Shown here: positions 8,316-18,075 of the stretch, in pieces
How the letters are laid out: every line of letters starts with the position of its first letter
Position numbering within the stretch: position 1 is the stretch's first letter
Virus record (IMG/VR): IMGVR_UViG_3300032330_001471
Location: 1 to 27,195 of that record
Reading direction: 5' to 3' (one strand)
Length of the DNA stretch: 27,195 nucleotides
Origin: a virus
Lineage: Duplodnaviria > Caudoviricetes
The notes under the pieces: model-generated
What the model saw: only the letters and a program-made list of their open reading frames with translations
What the model was told of the DNA's origin: nothing
Databases searched by the model: none
Made by a program: the position numbers and the translations under genes

Positions 8316-10147
8316 CAGCTAAAGTAATATCCCTTCAGATCAAGCCTGGAATTCAGCGGGACGGAACATTATTTGATGCACCGTCATACGTTGATGGTCG
8401 CTGGGTAAGATTCCAACGCGGACGTCCGCGTAAGATGAAAGGTTACAGAGGCATTTTTCTAAACGCTTCTGGAATTTCACGCGGTATGATTATGAACTCA
8501 GAGAATGGTTTGAATTACATTTACTCTGGAACCAATAATGCATTGCAAATGTGGACAACCGACAATAATAATGGTGTTGGTACTGGTCCTTACAATATTG
8601 CTTTTGGCGGTGGTGCGCTCACACTTACAGGTAGAGTTGCTGGAACTTTATATACTAACGGAACTTATACCGCAGTAAGTCTTACAGGTGGAACAGGATC
8701 AGGTGCAAAAGCAACGATTGTTGTTTCTGGTGGCGGTGTTTCTTCAGTAACATTAACAGCAGCTGGAACAGGTTATACAGTAGGTGATGTATTAAGTGCA
8801 ACTTCCGCGAGTATTGGTGGAACAGGTTCTGGGTTTACCATTAATGTTGCAACTGTAATTACCTCTTTTACTGCTAATAGCAGCAATCTTTGGCAGTTTG
8901 ATATTGGTTATGATGTAGGCGGTGGTATATCATATTTGATTGCACATCCAGGACAAAATTTAATAAACATCGATAGTACTGTAGATACGCCAGTTCTTTA
9001 TGGTGATTTTCCAGGCGGTACGATGGCATCGCTCACAGATTCACAAGGTTCAACTCCGTCAGGCGCTACGATTGAAGTGTCAGGTGGATGTGTCATGCTT
9101 CACCCATATCTTTTTGTTTACGGAAATAATGGGCTTATCAAAAATAGTTCGGCAGGTAATTTCTTTGATTGGAATTCTGCTGACGCAAACGAAACAAACG
9201 TCTCAACAGGTAAGATTGTAAAAGGTTTACCAGTCCGTGGCGGTACGACTGCACCTTCTGGATTATTTTGGTCTACTGATTCTTTAATTCGTGTTTCTTA
9301 CACTCCGACGACTGTAGGTGCTTCTACTCTTTATTGGCGTTATGATATCATTACGAGTCAATCTTCAATTTTATCTAGTCAATGTGTTATTGAGTATGAC
9401 GGTATCTATTATTGGATTGGCGTAGATCGTTTCTTATTATACAATGGTGTTGTAACTGAAATACCGAACTCAATGAATTTTAACTATTTCTTTGACAATG
9501 TAAATTATACGCAAAGACAAAAAGTTTGGGCAAGTAAAATTCCTCGTTGGGGTGAAATTTGGTGGTTTTTCCCTAGCGGTGACTCTGAAGAATGTAACGA
9601 TGCAGTTGTATTTAATGTTCGTGAACAAGTTTGGTACGATGCTGGCACTGCTCTTGGAGCACGTAGATCAGCAGGTGTATTTTCTGAAGTTTTCCGCAGA
9701 CCTGTTTGGGCAGGGAACGAAGAAAATACGACAGGAAGCTATACTCTTTGGCAACATGAAACAGGTACTGATCAAATATATTTAAACAATCAAGACGCGA
9801 TTCAAAGTTATTTTGAAACGAATAACCTTGGTTGGATAACAGGTGGTCCTGGAGCAGACGATCCTACTGGACCAAATCGTTGGATTCATTTAGAAAGAGT
9901 TGAGCCAAACTTCAATCAAGCTGAAGATATGAACATGTATGTAACTGGTCCAAGTTATGCGCAAGGTCCAGATGATTTGAGCGATCCTTATGTATTTTCT
10001 CCTGACACTCTTAAAATTGACTTACGCGAACAAAGACGTGAGATGCGAATCAAATTTGAAAGCAATACTGTAAGAGGTGATTACGAAATGGGTCAAATCA
10101 TACTCTCAGCAGACTTCGGAGACGAGAGAGGAACAGGTAACCCATGA
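8312..10147 (+). CDS. Tail nozzle / DNA stabilisation protein (P22 gp10 / T7 gp12-like position)
   Basis: 611 aa with TTG start; WVRFQRGRPRKMKG, beta-propeller-like pattern, YWIG..F..Y.G.V and EIWWFFP...ECN..V.FN.....W; lies downstream of the adaptor. Confidence 0.6.
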   Translation: MTAKVISLQIKPGIQRDGTLFDAPSYVDGRWVRFQRGRPRKMKGYRGIFLNASGISRGMIMNSENGLNYIYSGTNNALQMWTTDNNNGVGTGPYNIAFGGGALTLTGRVAGTLYTNGTYTAVSLTGGTGSGAKATIVVSGGGVSSVTLTAAGTGYTVGDVLSATSASIGGTGSGFTINVATVITSFTANSSNLWQFDIGYDVGGGISYLIAHPGQNLINIDSTVDTPVLYGDFPGGTMASLTDSQGSTPSGATIEVSGGCVMLHPYLFVYGNNGLIKNSSAGNFFDWNSADANETNVSTGKIVKGLPVRGGTTAPSGLFWSTDSLIRVSYTPTTVGASTLYWRYDIITSQSSILSSQCVIEYDGIYYWIGVDRFLLYNGVVTEIPNSMNFNYFFDNVNYTQRQKVWASKIPRWGEIWWFFPSGDSEECNDAVVFNVREQVWYDAGTALGARRSAGVFSEVFRRPVWAGNEENTTGSYTLWQHETGTDQIYLNNQDAIQSYFETNNLGWITGGPGADDPTGPNRWIHLERVEPNFNQAEDMNMYVTGPSYAQGPDDLSDPYVFSPDTLKIDLREQRREMRIKFESNTVRGDYEMGQIILSADFGDERGTGNP

Positions 10148-10389
10148 TAAGTTATGACCCTCGTTATATGAAATGGGATCAGTGGTGCGCGTTGATGGCA
10201 GAGCTTTTTGCTCCAAATCAACTCGGAACTGTTCCCGAAGATAAATGGGTAGATTGGGCAGCAGGTATGAACGGTATAGGTTACTTCATGGAATCTGGTG
10301 TTCCTGATCCGCGTGTATTTAAAACTTGGCAAGACTGGGCTTCCGCCCTTTGCGGTATTCTTTCAATTACTCCTCAAGCAAAACCATGA
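10144..10389 (+). CDS. Small Trp-rich hypothetical virion-region protein
   Basis: ATGA coupling at both ends; DPR..W..W repeated twice. Confidence 0.65.
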   Translation: MISYDPRYMKWDQWCALMAELFAPNQLGTVPEDKWVDWAAGMNGIGYFMESGVPDPRVFKTWQDWASALCGILSITPQAKP

Positions 10390-10751
10390 CACCATCAGAA
10401 ATTATACAAGCGGATGCGCAAGCCAGAGGCTATGATGCCGATGCTGTGCTTAGGAAAATAGCGAAAGTTGTTAAGTCGGGCGCAGGATTGCTCTTACAAG
10501 AAGGTAATTCTTTATTGCTTCTTATAGGACTTGAAGGAAATAACGCTGAACTTCATCTTTATACCGCGGATAAATCTCCTTTAACTATTTACAAAGCTAT
10601 TACAAAATTTGTTAGCAAAATTCGTGAATCTGATTTGAATGCGGTTTACGGTAGCGGTGATGTTCCCGACCTTTTGCAAATGTTGAAAAAACTAGACGTA
10701 GACGTTCAATCGTCTGACATTCCTGGTTATAAATGGATGGCTCCAGTATGA
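10386..10751 (+). CDS. Hypothetical protein (position of P22 gp14 / T7 gp13-like proteins)
   Basis: Start moved to ATG 10386, which gives an ATGA overlap. Function is inferred from synteny only. Confidence 0.5.
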   Translation: MTPSEIIQADAQARGYDADAVLRKIAKVVKSGAGLLLQEGNSLLLLIGLEGNNAELHLYTADKSPLTIYKAITKFVSKIRESDLNAVYGSGDVPDLLQMLKKLDVDVQSSDIPGYKWMAPV

Positions 10752-12400
10752 GATATACATTAGACTCAATGCTTCCACTCGGTGCTTTTGAGCACTGCGG
10801 TAATGGTAAAATACGTCTTCATGGAGGTGGTGGAGGCGGTTTTATTGAAGACATTGGCAATTTTGTCAGTGATACTTTTCAAGGTGCAAGTGACATGTTG
10901 TCACAAATTGATCCAGGTCCAACAATTGGAAATGTAGGCGAAGAAATTGACAAAGGCGTTAATAATGCAGTTCCTGGTGGTTGGGGAACTGTAGCTGCTG
11001 CAACCGTAGCAGTACTAACTGCTAATCCTGAAATTTTAGCTGCTGCTCTTCCTGAGGAAGCTGCTGCATTGACGACTGAAGAAATTCTAGCGTCTCAATT
11101 TGGTGATGCTGCATTTCAATTGTCTCCTGAATTTTCAGCTCTTGCACCAGATGCAGCTGCTGAAGCGTTAGCTAATGGAGAAATATCAGGTTTAACATCT
11201 AACGCGACAGACATGATGTTGAACGGGAATCCGTCACTTAATCCGATTGATTTAGCGAATGCCTCTGTTGATCCGATTCAAACTTTGAACGCAGCCAACA
11301 ATTGGACTGGACCGATGACTCAAAACATTGGGCAGATTGCTACTGACATGGCTGCTCAAGGTATTCCTTCTGATGTTATCGCTAATCAGTTAATGCAGAA
11401 TTATGGCATTGATCAATATGCAGCTGCAAATGCTGCAGGAATTGCGACAGCAGGTGGTTCTGTATCAGATATTGCTTCAACTTTAGCGTCTGATTATGGC
11501 GCTAATATGACAGGTCTTGAAGCCTCATCAGCTTCAGCGCCATTAGGTCTTAAAGATGTATTGAACGCTGCTAATACCGCGCGTCAAGTATATGGGTTAG
11601 GTAAAACAGCAGCGAATATTTTAAACCCTTCAAACGCATTAAGAACATCTTCAACAGCACCAAAAAGTGGGTTATCAGGTGTAACAGGTTTATCAGATAT
11701 ACTTGGAGGTTCAAGTTCTTCTGGTGGTAGCGGTGCACTTCCAGGAAATTTACAAGCTACATCGTTAGCTGCAGCTCCAGTAACACAAGGAAATTCAAAT
11801 ATGAATTTAAATCAATTAAAACAACTCTACCCACAACTCTCAACTGTTGACCCGCGCGTATTAAGCGCATTGACAGGAAAAACTAATTCGACTCCAAATT
11901 ATTACTCTTATGGGTCTGGTCAAGGCGGTGGTCCAACTGGGCTCTCTTTACAAGGTCAAGGCGGTACTCCTTCTGCTGGATATCCTGCTCGAGCAGCTGA
12001 CGAAAAAGCTACTTCTACTGGTTTTTCTAGACCTACAAGTTCAAATGCAAGTTATAATGCGTTAGCTTCAGCTGGTTTATCCTCGTTGAATTCAGGTTCT
12101 TTACCAATGACTTTTAAAGATGGCGGTGATGTTCATATTCCACAGTTTAAAACAGGAACTACAGGGCATTTCGTCCAAGGTCAAGGCGACGGTCAATCAG
12201 ATGATATCCCTGCTATGCTCGCTGATGGAGAGTATGTTTTTGATGCCGATACGGTTGCAGCACTTGGTAATGGATCTTCTAAAGCAGGTGCGCTTCAGTT
12301 GGATAAAATGAGAAAAGCGATACGTAAACACAAACGAGCTGCATCTGTTGATAAAATTCCACCTAAAGCTAAATCACCTTTAGAATATTTGAAAGGTTAA
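10748..12400 (+). CDS. Probable ejection/pilot (internal virion) protein
   Basis: Start moved to ATG 10748 (ATGA overlap). N-terminal leader ends RLHGGGGGG; Ala/Gly/Ser-rich body; C-terminal G.GDGQSDDIPAMLADGEYV motif. Confidence 0.6.
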   Translation: MRYTLDSMLPLGAFEHCGNGKIRLHGGGGGGFIEDIGNFVSDTFQGASDMLSQIDPGPTIGNVGEEIDKGVNNAVPGGWGTVAAATVAVLTANPEILAAALPEEAAALTTEEILASQFGDAAFQLSPEFSALAPDAAAEALANGEISGLTSNATDMMLNGNPSLNPIDLANASVDPIQTLNAANNWTGPMTQNIGQIATDMAAQGIPSDVIANQLMQNYGIDQYAAANAAGIATAGGSVSDIASTLASDYGANMTGLEASSASAPLGLKDVLNAANTARQVYGLGKTAANILNPSNALRTSSTAPKSGLSGVTGLSDILGGSSSSGGSGALPGNLQATSLAAAPVTQGNSNMNLNQLKQLYPQLSTVDPRVLSALTGKTNSTPNYYSYGSGQGGGPTGLSLQGQGGTPSAGYPARAADEKATSTGFSRPTSSNASYNALASAGLSSLNSGSLPMTFKDGGDVHIPQFKTGTTGHFVQGQGDGQSDDIPAMLADGEYVFDADTVAALGNGSSKAGALQLDKMRKAIRKHKRAASVDKIPPKAKSPLEYLKG

Positions 12401-12403
12401 ATC

Positions 12404-13447
12404 ATGGCATTAACACAAGGCGCTGCATTACCAAATATCACCACTAATCAAACGCAAGCAACAACTGCGCCAAGTTGGTATACCGATTATTTGAGCAACA
12501 TAGCTCAACAGGGAACGCAAGCTGGACAAAACGCGCAATACGTTGGGGCTACTCCTCTACAACAGCAAGCATTTCAACAAACTGCTCAGAACGTAGGTAA
12601 TTATCAACCTTCGCTTCAAGCTGCAACTAATCTAGCGCAACAAGCGGGAAATACTGACGTTTCTCAAAGCGTCAATAATTTCATGAACCCATACACTAAT
12701 CAAGTTGTTGGTGCATTGGGTGATGTTGGTCGTCGCAATATTGAGCAATATCTCGCTCCAGGAGCTACTGCAGCTGCTGTAGGTTCAGGTCAATTTGGTT
12801 CTAAGCGTGGCGCTGAGGTTCTTGGTCAAGCTATGAATACAGGTTTACAGAATTTAAATTTAGAACAATCAAAAGCATTACAAACTGGTTATAGCCAAGC
12901 ACTCCAAGCTGCTCAAAATCAAGTCGCTAACCAACTCGCTGGAAGCCAGCAGTTAGGTAATTTGGCTACAAGTACTCAAGGTCTAGGTCTTGGTGATATT
13001 AATGCGCTCTCAACAATGGGTGGTCAACAACAAACTATTGCTCAAAATCAAGAGTTATTTCCAATGCAAACTGCAAATCAACAAGCTGCTCTTCTGCGTG
13101 GTTACACTGTTCCAACCGCAGTTCAATCTAGCTACACTGGTCCGATTCCTGGAGCGTATTCCGCTTCTCCTCTCTCACAGATCGCTGGTATCGGTTCGTT
13201 GCTTGGAGCATTGAATCAAACTCCTGCAGGTGGTGGAAAAACTCCAACTGAAAATATTATAAATATGATTGGAAAATTGATACCTTCTGATTTGAGCTTT
13301 TCTAATGATCAAAGTCTACCTCTTGACCCGTTCACTGGTCAACCTCTTGATTTGACTACTGTCGCAGGTGTTGGCAATACAAGTCCGTCACAACTTTATC
13401 AAGACTTTTTAACAGGGTCTAACGGCTTCGGTAATTTCGGAGAATAA
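12404..13447 (+). CDS. Probable ejection (DNA transfer) protein, Gln/Ala-rich
   Basis: FMNPYT and GQFGSKRG motifs; Q-rich helical composition; position after the nozzle. Confidence 0.6.
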   Translation: MALTQGAALPNITTNQTQATTAPSWYTDYLSNIAQQGTQAGQNAQYVGATPLQQQAFQQTAQNVGNYQPSLQAATNLAQQAGNTDVSQSVNNFMNPYTNQVVGALGDVGRRNIEQYLAPGATAAAVGSGQFGSKRGAEVLGQAMNTGLQNLNLEQSKALQTGYSQALQAAQNQVANQLAGSQQLGNLATSTQGLGLGDINALSTMGGQQQTIAQNQELFPMQTANQQAALLRGYTVPTAVQSSYTGPIPGAYSASPLSQIAGIGSLLGALNQTPAGGGKTPTENIINMIGKLIPSDLSFSNDQSLPLDPFTGQPLDLTTVAGVGNTSPSQLYQDFLTGSNGFGNFGE

Positions 13448-13450
13448 TAT

Positions 13451-15040
13451 ATGGCAACTACTGCAGGCGCACTCCCTTCTTTTCCTGATGATACCGCGAA
13501 AAAAGAGTATTTCGATGCTCTAAACAAAACATTACAAGCATTAGAAGCTCGTGGTAATGGTAATATTAATCTTTACAACGTAGCTGGTCAATTTTTCAAT
13601 CCTGGACGTACTGGAAGTTTTGGTGAATCTTTAGGTAACGTGGCAACTTCAGTTGGGCGCGATATTGAAAAAGGGCAAGAAGCAGCAGTTCCTATCGCTC
13701 AAATGCGCGCTCAAATTGCAGGTCAAAAATACACTGTTCAAGCGGATGATAACGCGTTCAGAATGCTTGCTGACAATTTAGGTATGAGTCAAGGCGACTT
13801 CAATCAAACGCTTCAGAGCGGCTCTTTCAGTCAGCCTCAACTCAAACGTATGATGCAACTCTACCCTATGATTGAGAAAAGCTCACCAACAGTTGGTAAA
13901 ATGGTCAATAATATGATTGATCAAGCTATCAAAGCTGGTGATTTGTCAATCAAAGAGGGTGAATTCAGAGGCAAATACGATCCTAACTTTAGCATATCTG
14001 GATCCGCGCCATCGGCAACCCCTGCTCCTGTCAATAAGCCAGTCATTGAAAGCAGCGCAAATGTTTCTTCACCTTCCGCGGAAAAAGACGTTTATCGTTT
14101 TGAAAACTTGAGCGATTCAGCTAAACAAAAACTACAAACTTATGCTAGAGACACTTTAGGTCTTCAAGGTGACACTTTTAATCGACCCGATGCTGCTGAA
14201 TTGTTTAACAAAATGCCTTTTGATCAACGCAGAACTGCATTTATAAAATCAGGTGAAGCCAAACCATCTGAAGCTGCACCTGTCAGACAAGACGTTATCA
14301 CTTCACCTGCGGCAGCTGCTCCTTCGTCTGGTATTTCATCTAGACGTCCAGGAGAAACTCTTGATGCTTATAACGCTCGTATTAAGAAAGAGTCTGAAAC
14401 TGAATTAGCTATCTCTCAAAAATCAGCAGAAGCACGTGAGGCTAGTCCTCAAAAGAGATTTGATGTAATCGCTTCTTACGATGAAGATACCGTAGGTAAT
14501 ACAAATAACAAATTAGATTATTTGTATAAACAAGCTAATACTGAGACTGGTAAAAAAGTTTTATCGTTAATGAATCAACAGAACTATATGACCGCGATTG
14601 GTGAAGCTGCCGAAAAAGGTATTCTAACTCCTGTTGGAAGTTTGAGTCTTCCGTATAATGATTTCATCAGAAAAGTTAAATTGAATCCACAAGAGCAAGC
14701 ATATGCTCGTTTGATTGACCAGACTATTTCTGAATTAAACCAGACTGTTATGAAAGAAGGCAAAGCTATTTTTGGTCCTCAAATCAGCGTATTTGATGCA
14801 CAGAAAATGGCAGAGCCTGGATTCAAAAACACTGATCCTCCTGCTGTGATTTCAACTTTGGTTAATAAATTCAAAATCATGAATCATTTCCAAGGTGAGT
14901 TGAATAAAGCACAACAAGATTATTTTGAAAGAAACCCAGCTGCTAAAACTTCTCAATTTTTCAAATCTCAAGAATACAAAGATGTATCTAAACAGTATAT
15001 TGAGACTATGAAAAAACTGAACCAACTCTCTCCATTCTGA
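13451..15040 (+). CDS. Probable internal virion/ejection protein
   Basis: 529-aa helical protein with SD GGAG; assigned by synteny with the ejection-gene block. Confidence 0.5.
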   Translation: MATTAGALPSFPDDTAKKEYFDALNKTLQALEARGNGNINLYNVAGQFFNPGRTGSFGESLGNVATSVGRDIEKGQEAAVPIAQMRAQIAGQKYTVQADDNAFRMLADNLGMSQGDFNQTLQSGSFSQPQLKRMMQLYPMIEKSSPTVGKMVNNMIDQAIKAGDLSIKEGEFRGKYDPNFSISGSAPSATPAPVNKPVIESSANVSSPSAEKDVYRFENLSDSAKQKLQTYARDTLGLQGDTFNRPDAAELFNKMPFDQRRTAFIKSGEAKPSEAAPVRQDVITSPAAAAPSSGISSRRPGETLDAYNARIKKESETELAISQKSAEAREASPQKRFDVIASYDEDTVGNTNNKLDYLYKQANTETGKKVLSLMNQQNYMTAIGEAAEKGILTPVGSLSLPYNDFIRKVKLNPQEQAYARLIDQTISELNQTVMKEGKAIFGPQISVFDAQKMAEPGFKNTDPPAVISTLVNKFKIMNHFQGELNKAQQDYFERNPAAKTSQFFKSQEYKDVSKQYIETMKKLNQLSPF

Positions 15041-15047
15041 GGAAGAT

Positions 15048-15896
15048 ATGAGCGACGAAAATAAAAAATTTGATCCAGAAGAAAAATTAAAAGAGCTTCT
15101 GCCAAATGCTTTTGATAGCGAAGGTAAATACATTCCTGTTTACACTCCGTCTTCTAATGAACCTGTAAGCGCAGTCAGTGTTGAAGCAGCGCCAAAAGAA
15201 TATGACGATTACCCATCTTTACTGATTGGCGCTGGAGCTGGAACTTTAGGTATGTTGGGTGGTCGTAACGTAGAACGCGTAACTTCTAAGCTCGCGCCTC
15301 CTATGCCTTCAAGAGTCGATGTCCCCCCTGCTACAGTTCCACCTTCTTCTGCAGGATCAGTTCCAATAGATCCTAAAACAGGAATGCCTTACTCTGGTGA
15401 TAAATGGAGTACTAAAGTTGTAGGTAACATGGGTCCAGGAGGAAACTCTGTAACCGAAGCAGCACGTAACTATCAAATACAACAAGGGTTATCCCCTACT
15501 GAGTCAGCGCGGTATAAAACTAATCGCGAAGGAATCATTCTTCCAAATAAAACTGAAGCCGAACAGCGTTTGATGCAAGAAGCTAAACAGAAAGCTATGG
15601 CGGAGAGAGCAAAGAAAGCTATGCAGACTGTAGGTAAGGGAACTCAAGTAGCTACTAATATTTTCCCAAGACTGATGACTGGTTTAGGTGCTTTTGGAGT
15701 TGGTGCTGAAGGAACTGAAGCTGTAAATCGTTACAACAGAGGAGATTATCCTGGAGCAGCAATCTCAGGAATGGGCGCATTAGGAAGTGCTGCCTCCATG
15801 ATGCCCCACCCTTTGACTAGAGGTATTGGAACTGCTGCAGGAGTTCTTTCACCTCTTATGCTTCAAGGTTATGATTACCTAAGGAATAAAGAATAG
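15048..15896 (+). CDS. Hypothetical virion-associated protein, last gene of the late operon
   Basis: SD GAGG; Gly/Ala-rich amphipathic C-terminus; followed by the terminator. Confidence 0.5.
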   Translation: MSDENKKFDPEEKLKELLPNAFDSEGKYIPVYTPSSNEPVSAVSVEAAPKEYDDYPSLLIGAGAGTLGMLGGRNVERVTSKLAPPMPSRVDVPPATVPPSSAGSVPIDPKTGMPYSGDKWSTKVVGNMGPGGNSVTEAARNYQIQQGLSPTESARYKTNREGIILPNKTEAEQRLMQEAKQKAMAERAKKAMQTVGKGTQVATNIFPRLMTGLGAFGVGAEGTEAVNRYNRGDYPGAAISGMGALGSAASMMPHPLTRGIGTAAGVLSPLMLQGYDYLRNKE

Positions 15897-15908
15897 TAGT
15901 CCTCGCCT

Positions 15909-16079
15909 TCACGTGGCTTCCCCTACTTCGGTAGGGGTTTTTTCTTTTCCAAGATGAAAAACTGCAACTGTGAAAGCCTCTAACCAAATATTGTAAGGAT
16001 CCTCTAGTAGGTCTTCGTTATTGGTTCTTTTTAGAAGGGCGCGCCATTCTTTGTATTCTTTTTCAATATCAATTGTCAT
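15909..16079 (-). CDS. Hypothetical protein (56 aa; not in ORF track)
   Basis: MTIDIEKEYKEWRALLK...DPYNIWLEAF...; ATGA overlap with the upstream gene; its 3' end runs through the + strand terminator. Confidence 0.55.
   Translation of the reverse strand: MTIDIEKEYKEWRALLKRTNNEDLLEDPYNIWLEAFTVAVFHLGKEKTPTEVGEAT
15920..15943 (+). terminator. Rho-independent terminator of the late operon
   Basis: CCCCTAC-TTCG-GTAGGGG perfect 7-bp stem with a cUUCGg tetraloop, followed by TTTTTT. Confidence 0.92.
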
Positions 16080-16261
16080 ATCTCAATTTCCTGTCTAGCT
16101 TTCATCATTTCATCTGCATATTCGTAAGCAGTTACTGAAGCTGACGTTGTTGACTCACCTTTATATGCAGAGATTATAGCGGTTAGAGCCTGAGCAGCAA
16201 AGTAATCTCTCAGAGTCATTCCCTCTTGGTTACCGAATGGGTAGGCTAATTTTTCTGGCAT
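16076..16261 (-). CDS. Conserved small phage protein (GMTLRDYFAA family)
   Basis: AYPF...GMTLRDYFAAQAL...AYEYADEMMKAR; SD GGAG. Confidence 0.75.
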   Translation of the reverse strand: MPEKLAYPFGNQEGMTLRDYFAAQALTAIISAYKGESTTSASVTAYEYADEMMKARQEIEI

Positions 16262-16262
16262 A

Positions 16263-16391
16263 TCATTTCTCCAATGTTGTATTAACTGCTTTGACAGTGA
16301 CTAGACCTTTTTCTAGAATCTCAATCACACCTGTTACTCCGCTAGTAGATAAAAATAAACCTACAATTATTCCGATTATAAAATTAATCAT
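16263..16391 (-). CDS. Small membrane peptide (42 aa)
   Basis: Start moved to ATG 16391, MINFIIGIIVGLFLSTSG; SD GGAG; overlaps the upstream stop. Confidence 0.5.
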   Translation of the reverse strand: MINFIIGIIVGLFLSTSGVTGVIEILEKGLVTVKAVNTTLEK

Positions 16392-16581
16392 TTCTGCTTC
16401 TCCATGGTTTAAAATGTTGGTAAGTGGACTGCCACCAGCGGATAGGATTTTTTCGCCCATTTTTCACTCTTAGTTTAAAAGATTGAAAACGATCAAAAAC
16501 ACCGCGCATGAACAACGCGCCTCTACGACGAGTAGCCAAAGCATTTCTATCGCGTCTAGGTTGCAGTTTACGACTTAACAT
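16384..16581 (-). CDS. Small Arg-rich basic protein (65 aa)
   Basis: AAAGGA SD; tiles between its neighbours with short overlaps. Confidence 0.45.
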   Translation of the reverse strand: MLSRKLQPRRDRNALATRRRGALFMRGVFDRFQSFKLRVKNGRKNPIRWWQSTYQHFKPWRSRND

Positions 16582-16732
16582 CGAACTTTTCCTTTATAAG
16601 TTCATCGGTTAATTGATCAAGAAGCCTACGAGCCTGATTAACGTCTTCAAGCGTAGGTTCGTTTTGAAAACAAATCCACACTCCTCTAGCCATAATTGCT
16701 AGCTGAGCGTCTTTTAAGCCTTTTTCTATCAT
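16568..16732 (-). CDS. Hypothetical protein (54 aa; not in ORF track)
   Basis: MIEKGLKDAQLAIMARGVWICF...; ATGA overlap with the resolvase stop. Confidence 0.55.
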   Translation of the reverse strand: MIEKGLKDAQLAIMARGVWICFQNEPTLEDVNQARRLLDQLTDELIKEKFDVKS

Positions 16733-17211
16733 TTACGCTCTCTCATCAAAAACAGAGCCAATAACGCGGATTCAGCTCTACCGTCATCTTTCTTACGTTT
16801 GAATAAATCTGCTTTACTTGGCCAAATACGCATAGCCATTTCCCTAGCTCCGTCCTTGCTTGAATTCGCGCCCATCTTGCGTTTCCAGAGAGCGGGAGGG
16901 AAAAGGGTATACGGTATATCTAAACCTGCGAGAGCTCCTTCTAGGATGCCTAGCGACCTACCGAAAGAGAACATTGACGTTACTCCTTGATTGGGCATCG
17001 CATTCACTTGTTCAATCGCGCCTTCGATACGCTCATCTTTGAATAAACGTAGTTCAGCTACGATAGCCTGAGGGTTTACCCTTTGCTTCTTTGATTTACC
17101 GCTAACGTATTCAGTCGTTGGCATATCAAAGATTTGAACGATGTCCTCGTTCTCGTCTAGAACCGCGATTGCACCGCTGATTCCTGGATCAATACCTAAG
17201 TAGTATCTCAT
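16729..17211 (-). CDS. ruvC: RuvC-like Holliday junction resolvase
   Basis: LGIDPG.SGAIA, IEQV, MFSFG, P..WK and DDGRAESALLA carry the RNase H-fold catalytic motifs. Confidence 0.85.
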   Translation of the reverse strand: MRYYLGIDPGISGAIAVLDENEDIVQIFDMPTTEYVSGKSKKQRVNPQAIVAELRLFKDERIEGAIEQVNAMPNQGVTSMFSFGRSLGILEGALAGLDIPYTLFPPALWKRKMGANSSKDGAREMAMRIWPSKADLFKRKKDDGRAESALLALFLMRERK

Positions 17212-18075
17212 TTATTTACCTTTCTGCTCGTAGCTGTCGCAAGCTGCAAGCTGATCATTCAAAGTGAGGGTCTGGTTCTTCAGCGTACAGAGCCAATCAC
17301 CATTCTTGAATGGTTTAGAGTGCTCGCATGATCTACAAGTTTTGATCGGTGGTTTCTTGTCATAGCAAACATCTTTGTAATCGCACCAACGACAGGGATA
17401 ACCCTCATAATCTTCGCTGATACCTGCTGGACGTAGCTCTGCTTGAGTCAAAATTTCAATACGCTTGTAAATCTCGTTTTGAACTTCAGGATCAGGTTTA
17501 AGTCGCCTTACGTAATATTGCTCAGTATCTTTATTTAGAGCTATGTAGAATCCTCGGTCAACTTCCGCAAAAAGCATTCCTGCTTGAACTTGGAAATAGT
17601 GGGTTGGTTTCGAATTGAGCAGTCCTTTCTTTTCAAGGTCAGCAAAGGACTTTGAGCTGTGGGTTTTGACTTCAAGGATATGGGGTTTTGACTCTGATCC
17701 TGGGATACCTTTGATGATTCCGTCAACTTTGGCGACGAAATGCCCTGTCTCGTCCGTGTAAGCAAACTGCAAACCATTTTCGTATTCTGCCCATACGCCA
17801 TATCCCGCTCTCCTTAAGTCTTCGATAATTCGTTTCTCTTGAAGATTTCCAGTTTCAAACAAACGAAGCATTCTTCCATCGAAAGAAGCAGTGTCGTAAC
17901 CGCGCCAAGAGAGCCAGATTCTTCGGATGCAATCGTCACCTATTGACGAAGCACCGAGTCTTGAGAGTCTAAACTCTCTTTTCTCTTTTTTCTCTATGGA
18001 CTGATAAATACGATCAATTACTTCTACTTCTTCAACTGGAATAGGGATTGATACTGGTTTTTTAGTTGCCATCAA
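17212..18075 (-). CDS. Cas4-like PD-(D/E)XK exonuclease
   Basis: ASSIG..C.R, G...E, DG...LEVKT and QVQ; C-terminal CRWCDYKDVC (Fe-S ligands) and an extra CRSC...C...C cluster. Confidence 0.8.
   Translation of the reverse strand: MMATKKPVSIPIPVEEVEVIDRIYQSIEKKEKREFRLSRLGASSIGDDCIRRIWLSWRGYDTASFDGRMLRLFETGNLQEKRIIEDLRRAGYGVWAEYENGLQFAYTDETGHFVAKVDGIIKGIPGSESKPHILEVKTHSSKSFADLEKKGLLNSKPTHYFQVQAGMLFAEVDRGFYIALNKDTEQYYVRRLKPDPEVQNEIYKRIEILTQAELRPAGISEDYEGYPCRWCDYKDVCYDKKPPIKTCRSCEHSKPFKNGDWLCTLKNQTLTLNDQLAACDSYEQKGK

Noticed and set aside
10748-12400. Tape measure protein
   Set aside because: Short, without typical periodic repeats, and no tail tube or chaperone genes nearby; the context fits ejection proteins.
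17212-18075. Cas4-like gene as a sign of CRISPR-Cas
   Set aside because: No array or other cas genes; stand-alone Cas4-like nucleases are common in phage recombination modules.
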